This document shows positions 50,670-59,528 of a stretch of DNA of 64,000 nt, one piece after another; position 1 is the first letter of the stretch, and every line of letters starts with the position of its first letter. Source of the DNA: Gemmatimonadales bacterium. GTDB taxonomy: Bacteria > Gemmatimonadota > Gemmatimonadetes > Gemmatimonadales > GWC2-71-9. The translations under genes and the position numbers were made by a program. Location of the stretch: contig DATJVM010000092.1 in NCBI GenBank assembly GCA_035501775.1, positions 2,480 through 66,479 of the forward strand, in the 5' to 3' direction. The notes under the pieces were generated by a model. The model worked only from the letters and a program-made list of their open reading frames with translations. It was not told the origin of the DNA and did no database searches.

Positions 50670-52343
50670 ATGTCAACCGTCCCGTCGGACATTGAAATCG
50701 CCCAGGCGGCGAAGCTTCGGCCGATCACGGAGGTAGCGGCCGAGGTCGGCCTTGGTCCGGACGAGATTCTGCCGTACGGCCGCTACAAGGCCAAGATCAC
50801 CCCGGAAGCGATCGCTCGCCGCTCTCCCAAGGGACGGCTGGTGCTGGTGACCGGCATCAATCCCACCCCCGCAGGCGAAGGGAAGTCCACCGTGACGGTG
50901 GGAGTCGCCCAGGCGCTGCGCAAGCTGGGGAAGAAGGTGGTCCTGGCGATCCGCGAACCGTCGCTCGGGCCGGTCTTCGGGGTAAAGGGTGGCGCGGCCG
51001 GCGGCGGCTACGCCCAGGTGGTGCCCATGGACGAGATCAACCTTCACTTCACGGGAGACTTCCATGCCATCACCTCGGCGCACAATCTGCTGTCCGCCAT
51101 GCTGGACAATCATATCCACCACGGCAATGCGCTTGGGCTCGACAGCCGTCGCATCACCTGGCCCAGAACCATCGACATGAACGACCGTGCCCTCCGGTCG
51201 ATCGTCATCGGACTGGGGGGCATGAACGGCGGCCCCACCCGGGAGGAGCGGTTCGTAATCGTGCCCGGCAGCGAGATCATGGCCATCCTCTGCCTCGCCA
51301 CCGGGCTGGCGGATCTCGAGGCGCGCCTCGGCCGGATCATCGTCGGCCTGACCCGGGACAAGAAGGCGGTCCGCGCCAGCGAGCTCAAGGCCAGCGGCGC
51401 GATGACCCTGCTGCTCAAGGATGCCCTGCTTCCGAACCTGGTCCAGACGCTGGAAGGAGGCCCCGCGCTGGTGCACGGCGGCCCGTTTGGCAACATCGCC
51501 CACGGCTGCAACTCGATCGCGGCGACCCGGCTGGGACTCTCGTTGGGAGACATCGTCCTCACGGAAGCGGGGTTCGGGGCGGACCTGGGGGCCGAGAAGT
51601 TCTTCGACATCAAGTGCCGCTTCGGCGGGCTCAAGCCGGAAGCGGCGGTGGTCGTAGCCACGGTGCGGGCCCTCAAGATGCACGGGGGCGTCAAGAAGGA
51701 CAGCCTCAGCACGCCTGACGTGCACGCGCTGCAGCGCGGCATCGTGAACCTCGAGGCGCATGTCAAGAACGTGCAGAAGTTCGGGGTACCGGTCATCGTC
51801 GCCCTCAACCGATTCCTCTCGGACAGCAAGGAAGAGCAGGAGTTCGTGCTGCAATCCGCGCGCGAGTGGGGGGCGCGGGCCGCGCTGTCGGACGTCTGGG
51901 CCCGGGGCGGCGAGGGAGGGATCGAGGTGGGTAACGAGGTGCTTGCTGCGCTGGCAGAGGGTACCGCCCGCTTCAAGCCGATCTACGACGCCGAGCTCCC
52001 CGTCAAGCAGAAGATCGAGACCATCGCCACCCAGATCTATGGTGCCGACGGTGCCAACTTCTCCGCGACGGCCGACAAGTCCATCGCCCAGTGCGAGGAG
52101 ATGGGCCTCGGCAACACGCCGATCTGCGTGGCGAAGACGCAGTACTCGTTCAGCGACGATCCGACCAAGCTGGGGCGGCCCAAGGGATTCAAGATCAACA
52201 TTCGTGACGTCTATCCCTGCGCCGGCGCCGGATTCGTGGTCGCTTTGGCCGGCGAGATCATGACCATGCCAGGGCTGAGCAAGACGCCTTCCGCCGAGGC
52301 CATCCGGGTACACCCTGACGGCAGGATCGAGGGCCTGTTCTAG
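50670..52343 (+). CDS. fhs: Formate--tetrahydrofolate ligase
   Basis: [45 protein letters not shown]-type motifs. An alternative ATG lies at 50652. Confidence 0.95.
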   Translation: MSTVPSDIEIAQAAKLRPITEVAAEVGLGPDEILPYGRYKAKITPEAIARRSPKGRLVLVTGINPTPAGEGKSTVTVGVAQALRKLGKKVVLAIREPSLGPVFGVKGGAAGGGYAQVVPMDEINLHFTGDFHAITSAHNLLSAMLDNHIHHGNALGLDSRRITWPRTIDMNDRALRSIVIGLGGMNGGPTREERFVIVPGSEIMAILCLATGLADLEARLGRIIVGLTRDKKAVRASELKASGAMTLLLKDALLPNLVQTLEGGPALVHGGPFGNIAHGCNSIAATRLGLSLGDIVLTEAGFGADLGAEKFFDIKCRFGGLKPEAAVVVATVRALKMHGGVKKDSLSTPDVHALQRGIVNLEAHVKNVQKFGVPVIVALNRFLSDSKEEQEFVLQSAREWGARAALSDVWARGGEGGIEVGNEVLAALAEGTARFKPIYDAELPVKQKIETIATQIYGADGANFSATADKSIAQCEEMGLGNTPICVAKTQYSFSDDPTKLGRPKGFKINIRDVYPCAGAGFVVALAGEIMTMPGLSKTPSAEAIRVHPDGRIEGLF

Positions 52344-52367
52344 CATCACGTCGAGGGAGAAGATCGC

Positions 52368-52748
52368 ATGCCAATGAAGTTCACCGCGACCGACCGTGCC
52401 CCGAAGGCGATCGGTCCGTACAGCCAGGCCACGCTGCTCGATGGCCGCATCTACACCGCCGGCCAAATCGCGCTGGACCCGGCGACGATGGAGCTGGTGA
52501 GCGGCGGCATTCGTGAGCAGACCGAGCGGGTACTGGCCAACCTGAAGGCAGTCCTGGAGGCGGCAGGATCGGGACTCCCCAAGGTGCTCAAGACCACCGT
52601 CTATCTGGTCGATATGGCCGACTTTCCGGCCATGAATGAGGTGTACGCAGCCGCCTTCGGCGACCACAAGCCCGCTCGCTCCACGGTGGGGGTGGCCGGG
52701 CTCCCGCGAGGGGCGCGCGTGGAAATCGACCTGATCGCAGCGATATGA
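52368..52748 (+). CDS. ridA: RidA/YjgF-family reactive intermediate deaminase
   Basis: APKAIGPYSQA...IYTAGQIALDP...ARSTVGVAGLPRGARVEIDLIA. Confidence 0.92.
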   Translation: MPMKFTATDRAPKAIGPYSQATLLDGRIYTAGQIALDPATMELVSGGIREQTERVLANLKAVLEAAGSGLPKVLKTTVYLVDMADFPAMNEVYAAAFGDHKPARSTVGVAGLPRGARVEIDLIAAI

Positions 52749-52917
52749 GCCGCCCGCCCGAGTGTCCTCCCACCCCCGGCCGGCTGCCAGTCGCCACCTG
52801 TCCCCACCCCTGACGCCGGCCTTGTGCGCCGGGCCCGTCCCCGGCACGTTTGGCGCGCGATAAGGCCCAGCGCGCGACGTCAGGTACACGTGGGAGGGCA
52901 GTATCGAACCCGACCAA

Positions 52918-53012
52918 GGGGGCGGATTCCGACTGGTGTCGGAGCCGGTCTTCAAAACCGCGACGGAGTCGCCTTCGGCGGCTTCGGTGGGTTCGATTCC
53001 CACACGCTCCCG
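52918..53012 (+). tRNA. selC: tRNA-Sec (anticodon UCA)
   Basis: Hand fold. 8-position acceptor GGGGGCGG / ACGCTCCC (7 pairs including one G-U). 6-bp D-stem TCCGAC/GTCGGA with the 4-nt loop TGGT. Anticodon loop CTTCAAA (TCA at 52952-52954). 9-bp extra arm with a 5-nt loop (52964-52986). T-arm GTGGG-TTCGATT-CCCAC. Discriminator G at 53012. Weak point: the anticodon stem has only 4 clean pairs. Confidence 0.75.
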
Positions 53013-53081
53013 CCGGTGGGCCACCGCGAGCGACCTCCGCTTCTCTCGACACCCCATGACAGCGATTCATTCCCCTCGGTC

Positions 53082-53975
53082 GTGACCACCCTGCTTCTGG
53101 TCAACCCGGTCGCGGGTCACGGGCGGGCCCGGCATCTGGCCGCGGCCGCCCAGGACGCGTTGGCCGGCGCCTTCGGCGAGGTCCGCGTGGTCGAATCTCC
53201 CGCTCCAGGCGCGGCCGTTCAGATCGTGCAGGACTCGGTCGGGCAGGGCGTGGAGCGCGTGATGGTGTTGGGCGGCGATGGCACCGTTCACGAGGCGGCC
53301 AACGGTCTGCTTCGGGGCCCCCGCGCGAACCGACCGCCGCTCGGCGTCATCCCCGCCGGCACGGGCAACGACTTCGCGAAGCTGTGCGGCACGGCGCGGC
53401 TCTCCCCGGGTGGCGCGGTGCAGTGCCTGGCGCGCGGTTCGGTGCGGCACCTCGACGTCGGTCAAGGATGGGGGGAGTTCTTTCTGAATTCGATCGGGAT
53501 CGGATTCGACGCGGAGGTGGCCGACCGGCTCACCCGCCTCAAGCACGGCCGGGGCCTCCCGGCATACCTCGTCACCACCCTGCGGACCCTCGCCAGCCGA
53601 GCCACCTTCGAGGTCCGGGTAGAGGCCGACACCCACAGCTTCGAGGACTGCCTGCTGCTGCTCGAGATCGGGAACGGCCCCGTCGTCGGGGGCGGCTTTC
53701 GCATCACGCCGGGGGCGCAGCCCGACGATGGCCTGCTCGACATCTGCGCGATCCAGGATATGCCATTGCCGCTGCTGCTGCTCCGGCTTCCGCTGGTGAT
53801 GCTGGGCCGTCACCTCCACCTGCCGCAGGTTCGTCATTTCCGGACCAGTCGGCTTCGCGTTGTGAGTCCCTCCGGTGCCCTCCGCGCCCAGTTCGATGGC
53901 GAGATCCGGACCAGTCACGAGCCACTGGACGTGCAGGTAGTGCCCTCGGCTCTCCCGGTTCTCTGCGCCTCATGA
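53082..53975 (+). CDS. Diacylglycerol/lipid kinase family protein (YegS/BmrU-like)
   Basis: LLLVNPVAGHG, VLGGDGTVHEAANGL, GVIPAGTGNDFAK. GTG at 53082. The upstream part of the 383-aa track ORF runs across the tRNA and is spurious. Confidence 0.85.
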   Translation: MTTLLLVNPVAGHGRARHLAAAAQDALAGAFGEVRVVESPAPGAAVQIVQDSVGQGVERVMVLGGDGTVHEAANGLLRGPRANRPPLGVIPAGTGNDFAKLCGTARLSPGGAVQCLARGSVRHLDVGQGWGEFFLNSIGIGFDAEVADRLTRLKHGRGLPAYLVTTLRTLASRATFEVRVEADTHSFEDCLLLLEIGNGPVVGGGFRITPGAQPDDGLLDICAIQDMPLPLLLLRLPLVMLGRHLHLPQVRHFRTSRLRVVSPSGALRAQFDGEIRTSHEPLDVQVVPSALPVLCAS

Positions 53976-55003
53976 GCGGCCGGCGTCACTTCGCGAGCGA
54001 TAACAACGCCGGAGTGCACCCGGAGGTGCTCGCCGCCATCGCGGCCTGCAACACTGGGCACGCCCGGGCCTACGGCCACGACGAGTACACGGAGGCCGCG
54101 GTCGCGGCGTTTCGACGTCACTTCGGCGAGGATGCCCAGGTGTGGCTCGTGGCAAATGGCACGGCCGCCAACGTCCTCGGTATCCAGGCGGTGACCCAGC
54201 CCTATCACGCGGTGCTCTGCGCCGCCGGGGCGCACATTAATGTTGACGAATGTGGCGCGCCGGAACGCTTCACCGGCTGCAAGTTGATTCCCATCCCGAC
54301 TCCCGATGGCAAGCTCCGCCCCGGCGACCTGGCCGGCCGCCTTCCACCGCCCAACGACGAGCATCGAGTCCAGCCGCGGGTGCTATCGATCACCCAGGCC
54401 ACGGAGCTCGGAACCGTCTATTCGGCCGCCGAGGTCCGGGCCCTGGCGGAGGCGAGCCACGCGGCCGGCTTGGTGCTGCATATGGACGGGGCGCGCATCG
54501 CGAATGCCGCGGTGAGCGCGGGCGTGCCGTTCCGGGCGTTCACCACCGACGCCGGAGTGGACGTGCTGTCTTTCGGTGGAACCAAGAACGGCCTGCTCGG
54601 CGCCGAAGCGATCGTCTTTCTCAACGGGCAGAACCCCCGCGACATGCCTTTCATCCGCAAGCAGGGAATGCAGCTGATGAGCAAGATGCGCTTCCTGGCG
54701 GCGCAGTTCGTCGCTCTGCTCGAGACCGACCTGTGGCAGCGGAACGCTGCCCACGCGAACCGGATGGCGCGCCTGCTGGCCGAGCGGATCAGCGACGTGC
54801 GGGGCATCACTCTCACCCAGCCGGTGGAGGCCAACGGGGTGTTCGCACGGGTGCCACACGGCCATATTGCGGCCTTGCAGGCGATCTGCGATTTCCACGT
54901 GTGGGATCCAGCCACGCATGAGGTCCGGTGGATGATGTCGTGGGACACGACCGAGGAAGACGTCGAGAGCTTCGCCCGCAGTGTGCGGGAGATGGTGCGG
55001 TGA
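53972..55003 (+). CDS. ltaE: Low-specificity L-threonine aldolase
   Basis: HFASDNNAGVHPEVLAAIAA, ANGTAANVLG, SFGGTKNG (PLP lysine). ATGA overlap at 53972-53975. Confidence 0.88.
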   Translation: MSGRRHFASDNNAGVHPEVLAAIAACNTGHARAYGHDEYTEAAVAAFRRHFGEDAQVWLVANGTAANVLGIQAVTQPYHAVLCAAGAHINVDECGAPERFTGCKLIPIPTPDGKLRPGDLAGRLPPPNDEHRVQPRVLSITQATELGTVYSAAEVRALAEASHAAGLVLHMDGARIANAAVSAGVPFRAFTTDAGVDVLSFGGTKNGLLGAEAIVFLNGQNPRDMPFIRKQGMQLMSKMRFLAAQFVALLETDLWQRNAAHANRMARLLAERISDVRGITLTQPVEANGVFARVPHGHIAALQAICDFHVWDPATHEVRWMMSWDTTEEDVESFARSVREMVR

Positions 55004-55563
55004 GCTGGCCCGGGAAATGGCGGCGCACCATCGTCGCCACCGCCGTGCTGGCCTGCGCCTCGACGCTGCCACTTGAGGCCCAGGACACGACTGCGGCGGG
55101 GGCGCGGCGAGACTCGCTTCCGCCGCCGACGGCATCCGACAGTGCCCGGGAAACGGCCGCTGGGAGCCAGGCCACGGATACCACCTATCCCAAGGCGCCG
55201 GTCTCGCCCATGGGGGCGTTGTGGCGATCGATGCTGCTGCCAGGCTGGGGACAGGCCAAGCTGCACCGCAAGTTGACCGGGGCCATCTTTGTGATGTGGG
55301 AAGGGGTCACCCTCGGCATGAGCATCAAGACCACTCACGAGCTCGCCTACCTCCGCGAAACCGGCTCGGCCAGCGTCCACGCCAAGGCCCAGGAGCAGCA
55401 GGACTGGCTGGTCCTGCTGGGGTTCAACCACCTCTTTGCCGGCATCGAAGCCTACGTTTCCGCCCACCTCTGGGATTTTCCGACCGACCTTGAGATCAAC
55501 GCAGCGCCGCTCCCCGGTGGCGGCTTCGGCGCTAACATTCAGGTCCCCTTCCGGCTCCGGTGA
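55000..55563 (+). CDS. Hypothetical secreted/membrane protein (DUF5683-like)
   Basis: Signal peptide IVATAVLACASTLPLEAQ. SMLLPGWGQAKLHRKLTGAIFV motif resembles DUF5683. GTGA overlaps on both sides. Confidence 0.6.
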   Translation: MSWPGKWRRTIVATAVLACASTLPLEAQDTTAAGARRDSLPPPTASDSARETAAGSQATDTTYPKAPVSPMGALWRSMLLPGWGQAKLHRKLTGAIFVMWEGVTLGMSIKTTHELAYLRETGSASVHAKAQEQQDWLVLLGFNHLFAGIEAYVSAHLWDFPTDLEINAAPLPGGGFGANIQVPFRLR

Positions 55564-56363
55564 GCGACGCCCCCATCGGCATCTTCGACTCGGGGATTGG
55601 TGGACTCACCGTCGCCCGAGCCATCTATGACCGACTCCCGGGGGAGTCAACCCTCTATTTCGGCGACACCGCCCGAGTCCCCTACGGCCCCAAGAGCCCG
55701 GACACCGTTCGTCGCTACAGCCGGGAGATCCTGCACTGGCTCCTGGGCCAGGGGGTGAAGCTCGTGGTCGTGGCCTGTAACACGAGCACCGCCCACGCCC
55801 TGGGGATCCTACAGGCCGAGTCGCCCGTTCCGGTCATCGGCGTGATCGAGCCCGGCGCGCGGGCCGCTGTGGCGAACACGCGGGGCGGAGCGGTAGGGGT
55901 GATCGGGACGGCCGGAACGGTGGCGAGTGAGGCGTACCCGAAGGCGATTCACGCGCTCGCACCAGCGCTTCGGGTGGAGCAGGTGCCCTGTCCGCTCTTT
56001 GTGCCGCTCGTCGAGGAAGGCTGGTTCGATCATCCCGCGGCGGAGCTGATCGCGAAGGAGTACCTGGAGCCGCTTCGCCGTACGGGGATCGACGTCCTGG
56101 TCCTCGGCTGCACCCACTACCCGCTGCTCAAGCCGCTGCTCGGCCGGGTCATGGGCCCCGCGGTGCGATTGATCGACAGCGCGGAGGAGACCGCACGGGC
56201 GGTGGAGCAGACGCTTCAGAGCCACGCCCTCGCCGCACCGCTGGGAAAAGTGGTCTCGCACCGTTATGTGGTGAGTGACGACGAGCCGCGTTTCAGGCAG
56301 GTCGCCGCCCGGTTTCTCGGCGGGAAGCTGGGACCGGCCGAGGTGGTGGCCCTCGGCGGCTAG
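55560..56363 (+). CDS. murI: Glutamate racemase
   Basis: IGIFDSGIGGLTV, VVACNTS, VLGCTHYPLL catalytic Cys motifs. Confidence 0.95.
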   Translation: MSDAPIGIFDSGIGGLTVARAIYDRLPGESTLYFGDTARVPYGPKSPDTVRRYSREILHWLLGQGVKLVVVACNTSTAHALGILQAESPVPVIGVIEPGARAAVANTRGGAVGVIGTAGTVASEAYPKAIHALAPALRVEQVPCPLFVPLVEEGWFDHPAAELIAKEYLEPLRRTGIDVLVLGCTHYPLLKPLLGRVMGPAVRLIDSAEETARAVEQTLQSHALAAPLGKVVSHRYVVSDDEPRFRQVAARFLGGKLGPAEVVALGG

Positions 56364-56384
56364 AAAGTGATGGGTCGGCGCGTC

Positions 56385-58262
56385 TCAGGTTTGTCGGCCG
56401 ACGGCTGACGGCTGTTTGAGCACCTGCGCGGCATCCGCGACGGTTCGCGCCACCTCATCCGGCGCTCCGATGCGCGTCTTCACGCGCACCAGGCCGAGAC
56501 GTATACGCTCCAGGCATGCCAGTACGGCCACCCGGCGTTCCGTAGCCTCGCTCCGGGCTCGCTCCAGATCGTCGAGCAGGCGCTGCTGCTCGTTGCCAGG
56601 TCCGGCGCCGAGGGAGGGGAGGCTGCTGCGGGCCTCTGCGGCCGCCGCATCGAGCTCGCGCTCACGACGCGCCAGTCGCTCCACCTCGCCTTCCAGTTGC
56701 TCCAGAGTTCCCCGTACCCGGCCCAGGCCCCGCCGGGACTCCGGGTCGATCGTGTCGAGGAGCGCCAGCGGCCCCAGTCGCGTGGGCGATCCGATCGCCA
56801 GTTCCGACCGGCCCCGGAGGCCGATACATCCGAGGCGGAATAGCGCCGCTCCGATCCGCCCCCTCCACAGTCGATGGAGCCGGCGATCCATCCGTCCCGA
56901 TCCCGCCACAATGGCCATGAAGAAGACGAAGGACGCCATTCCCACGCTTGCGGCCGCGAACGCGGCCGCCGCCCAGCCGAGTCCCATGCGATAGCTGTTG
57001 GGCTCCGACAGGGGGACGCGCGAGGCAAGAGCCAGGGAGATCACGACGACGCTCGCCACGATCCCCGCCAGGCACAGCAGCAACTGGTTCCTCCGCCGCC
57101 GCCCGTAGGACGGATCGGCCCGCATTGCCTGAAGCACGGCGACGCGTTCCTCGTCAACGACCCCCACGCCCGTCCGGACGTCCTGGAAGGTGAAGCCCTG
57201 CCGAGCCAGCGACCGCATCGCGATCGGGACCTGGGCCCACAGGGACAGGGTGGCGACGGCGAACACCGCGCCGAAGATCAGCTGATCGCCATCCGCTTGA
57301 AACCGGCCCACGATCGTCGGCGTGAGGAGAGCCAGGATGAGACCATTGCGGAACCACTGATCCGACCGGGCGACCCACAGCCGGATCGCGGGGGGCACTT
57401 CGACCTGCCGGCCGCGCGCGCCTTCGAGAGCCGCGACCAGTTCCTCGCCGGAGGCGTAGCGCTGCTCGGGGACCTTGGCGAGACACCGGTCGATCGCCTG
57501 GGTCAGTGGTGCGGGGAGGTCGGGCCGGTAGCTCGCCACCGAGGGAAGCGTGGCGCTGATGTGCGCCACCATGATGGCCTGGGCGCTTTCGCCGTCAAAC
57601 GGGAGGCGGGCGGTCACGGCGAAATAGCCAACAACACCGAGCGAGTACAGGTCGCTCCGTGCGTCGACCCGGTCTCCTGCCGCCTGCTCGGGGCTCATGA
57701 AGTGAGGAGTGCCCACCGCTTCGCCCAGTTGGGTGAGGCCCGACGCAGCAGCCGACCTGGCGATTCCGAAATCCATGACCAGGGCCCGGCCGGTCGCCCG
57801 TTCCAGCAGGATGTTGTCCGGCTTCACGTCCCGGTGAATCACTCCCCGTCCGTGCGCATAGGAGAGCGCCCAGGCTACCTCCTGCATGAGGCGCACCGCG
57901 TCGGTCGCCGTGAGCGGGCCCTGACGTCGAACGCGCTGGGTCAGCGTTTCCCCCTCGACGTAGGCCATGACGAAGTACAGCAGGCCCGGCGACTCCTCCA
58001 CGCTGTAGACCGGTACGATGTTGGGATGGGAGAACGACGCCGCCACCCGCGTCTCGCGCAGGAAGCGCTCGCGCAGCTCGGGGCGGACGGCGAGCTCGGG
58101 GGGCAGCACCTTGACCGCGACCGGGCGGTCCAGACGGAGGTCGCGGGCCAGAAAGACCGCCCCCATCCCGCCGCGACCCAGTTCCCGCTCCAGCGCGTAG
58201 CGGTCGCCGAGGGCCGCGGTGAGTTCACGGACGATGGAATCGTCGGGCTGAGTGTCGGGCAT
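56385..58262 (-). CDS. Ser/Thr protein kinase with polytopic membrane and coiled-coil C-terminal region
   Basis: Hanks kinase motifs: GRGGMGAVFLA, VAVKVL, HRDVKPDNILL, DFGIA, SPEQ. Then about 4 TM segments and a helical heptad-like tail. Confidence 0.9.
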   Translation of the reverse strand: MPDTQPDDSIVRELTAALGDRYALERELGRGGMGAVFLARDLRLDRPVAVKVLPPELAVRPELRERFLRETRVAASFSHPNIVPVYSVEESPGLLYFVMAYVEGETLTQRVRRQGPLTATDAVRLMQEVAWALSYAHGRGVIHRDVKPDNILLERATGRALVMDFGIARSAAASGLTQLGEAVGTPHFMSPEQAAGDRVDARSDLYSLGVVGYFAVTARLPFDGESAQAIMVAHISATLPSVASYRPDLPAPLTQAIDRCLAKVPEQRYASGEELVAALEGARGRQVEVPPAIRLWVARSDQWFRNGLILALLTPTIVGRFQADGDQLIFGAVFAVATLSLWAQVPIAMRSLARQGFTFQDVRTGVGVVDEERVAVLQAMRADPSYGRRRRNQLLLCLAGIVASVVVISLALASRVPLSEPNSYRMGLGWAAAAFAAASVGMASFVFFMAIVAGSGRMDRRLHRLWRGRIGAALFRLGCIGLRGRSELAIGSPTRLGPLALLDTIDPESRRGLGRVRGTLEQLEGEVERLARRERELDAAAAEARSSLPSLGAGPGNEQQRLLDDLERARSEATERRVAVLACLERIRLGLVRVKTRIGAPDEVARTVADAAQVLKQPSAVGRQT

Positions 58263-58265
58263 CTC

Positions 58266-58997
58266 TCAGGGCGAGAACTGCATCAGGGAAGCGTGGCCGT
58301 TCGCGACCACGGCATACCGGTAGCCGTCGAACCAGGCCCCGGGGTTGACGTACAGGCGGCCGGGCTCGACCGTGAGCGCCGCGGCGCGATGGGTGTGTCC
58401 CATCGCCAGCAGCGCGAGGTCAGGCTCCTGCCGGAGCCGCGCCTCCGCCCAGGCGCGCTGCCGGGCCGCCGATGCGGCGATCTCCATCGGAGTGCGTTCG
58501 CGGTCTCCCAGAAATCCGCTCAGCCGGTCCACCAGCCAGAGCCCCGCGTCGGGATGCACAGCGCTGAACAGTCGCACCGAGGCCTCCCGACGCAGAATCC
58601 GATGCAGCACGCGCGCCGTCCAGTGGGTTTCGGTGAGGCCGTCCCCATGAATGACCGCGGCAGGGCGGCCGCCAACGTCGAACCGGGCCTCGACCGGCTG
58701 GAATTCGATGCCGAACTCACCGGCCCAGAAGTCGCCGGCCCAGCGATCGTGATTCCCTCCGACCATGAGAACGGGGACGCGGCGGCGAAGCTGGGCCAGC
58801 GCCGCGACGACGCGGGCACAGCGGCGGGGCACGACCCGCCGGTACGCGAACCAGAACTCGAAGAGATCGCCGACGACGACGAGCCCGTCCCCGAGGTCGG
58901 GCACGCGATCGAGAAAGCTGATGAAGGCCGGTTCGGCTTCCGGAGCGCCGCGCCCCAGGTGGGCATCCCCGACCAGCACGAGGCGCTGGCAACGCAC
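58266..58997 (-). CDS. LpxH-like calcineurin-type metallophosphoesterase (UDP-2,3-diacylglucosamine hydrolase candidate)
   Basis: VLVGDAHLG, VVVGDLFEFW, MVGGNHDRW, VIHGDG motifs. GTG at 58997. The upstream 190 codons of the track ORF are antisense to the thioesterase gene. Confidence 0.65.
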   Translation of the reverse strand: MRCQRLVLVGDAHLGRGAPEAEPAFISFLDRVPDLGDGLVVVGDLFEFWFAYRRVVPRRCARVVAALAQLRRRVPVLMVGGNHDRWAGDFWAGEFGIEFQPVEARFDVGGRPAAVIHGDGLTETHWTARVLHRILRREASVRLFSAVHPDAGLWLVDRLSGFLGDRERTPMEIAASAARQRAWAEARLRQEPDLALLAMGHTHRAAALTVEPGRLYVNPGAWFDGYRYAVVANGHASLMQFSP

Positions 58998-59105
58998 CGG
59001 GCCAAGATAGGCCGGGGCCAGAGGCCCAGCAAGCAGCCGGACTTTGACTTTCGGGGCGCGTGGTGGAACGTTCGAGCCAATCTTCTCCCTCGCCAGCGGA
59101 CCCCT

Positions 59106-59528
59106 GTGCACCAGCCGATCACCGAAACCGTCACCACTCACCGAGTGAACTATTCCGAGACCGACCAGATGGGCGTGGTCTATCATGCCCGTCACATCGT
59201 CTGGCTCGACGTCGCACGCACGGAGCACCTCCGACAGGCTGGCTATTCCTACCGCGAGCTGGAAGCAGCGGGGGTGCGGCTCGTCGTGACGGAACTGTCG
59301 GTTCGCTATCGTCAGGCGCTGCGCTTCGATGAGATCGTGCGGATCCGGTGCCGGGTCCGCGATGTCGCTCCCCGCCGCGTCGTCTTCGCCTACCGGCTCG
59401 AGCGGGCGGACTCCGGGGCCCTGGTAGGAGAGGCGGAAACCACCCTCTGGTGCCTCGATCATACCCACCGACCATCTCGGCTGCCGGACGCAGTCGTGCG
59501 AGCGCTGGGAGGCGCCGCCACACGATGA
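59106..59528 (+). CDS. YbgC/4HBT-family acyl-CoA thioesterase
   Basis: HRVNYSETDQMGVVYHARHIVWLDVART hot-dog motif. Only the last about 140 codons of the 884-aa track ORF are taken. GTG start at 59106. Confidence 0.8.
   Translation: MHQPITETVTTHRVNYSETDQMGVVYHARHIVWLDVARTEHLRQAGYSYRELEAAGVRLVVTELSVRYRQALRFDEIVRIRCRVRDVAPRRVVFAYRLERADSGALVGEAETTLWCLDHTHRPSRLPDAVVRALGGAATR

Noticed and set aside
52852-52878. GC palindrome CGCGCG-N11-CGCGCG between ridA and selC, considered as a terminator or regulatory hairpin
   Set aside because: It has only a 6-bp stem and no U-tract, and CGCGCG is self-complementary by composition. There is too little support to call a feature.
52892-52917. A T-loop-like GGTTCGATAC on the minus strand, and a longer alternative plus-strand acceptor (GGGAGGGC) just upstream of the tRNA-Sec
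   Set aside because: No complementary T-stem or acceptor can be drawn for a minus-strand tRNA. Starting the plus-strand tRNA at 52892 would give a molecule of about 120 nt with an impossible D region. The 52918 start gives the canonical tRNA-Sec layout.
50673-53057. 794-aa minus-strand ORF
   Set aside because: It is antisense to fhs and ridA, and runs across the tRNA-Sec. It is a shadow ORF.
56874-59105. The upstream 744 codons of the 884-aa plus-strand ORF 56874..59528
   Set aside because: This part is antisense to the Ser/Thr kinase and the LpxH-like gene. Only the last 140 codons or so (from GTG 59106) show a hot-dog thioesterase motif.
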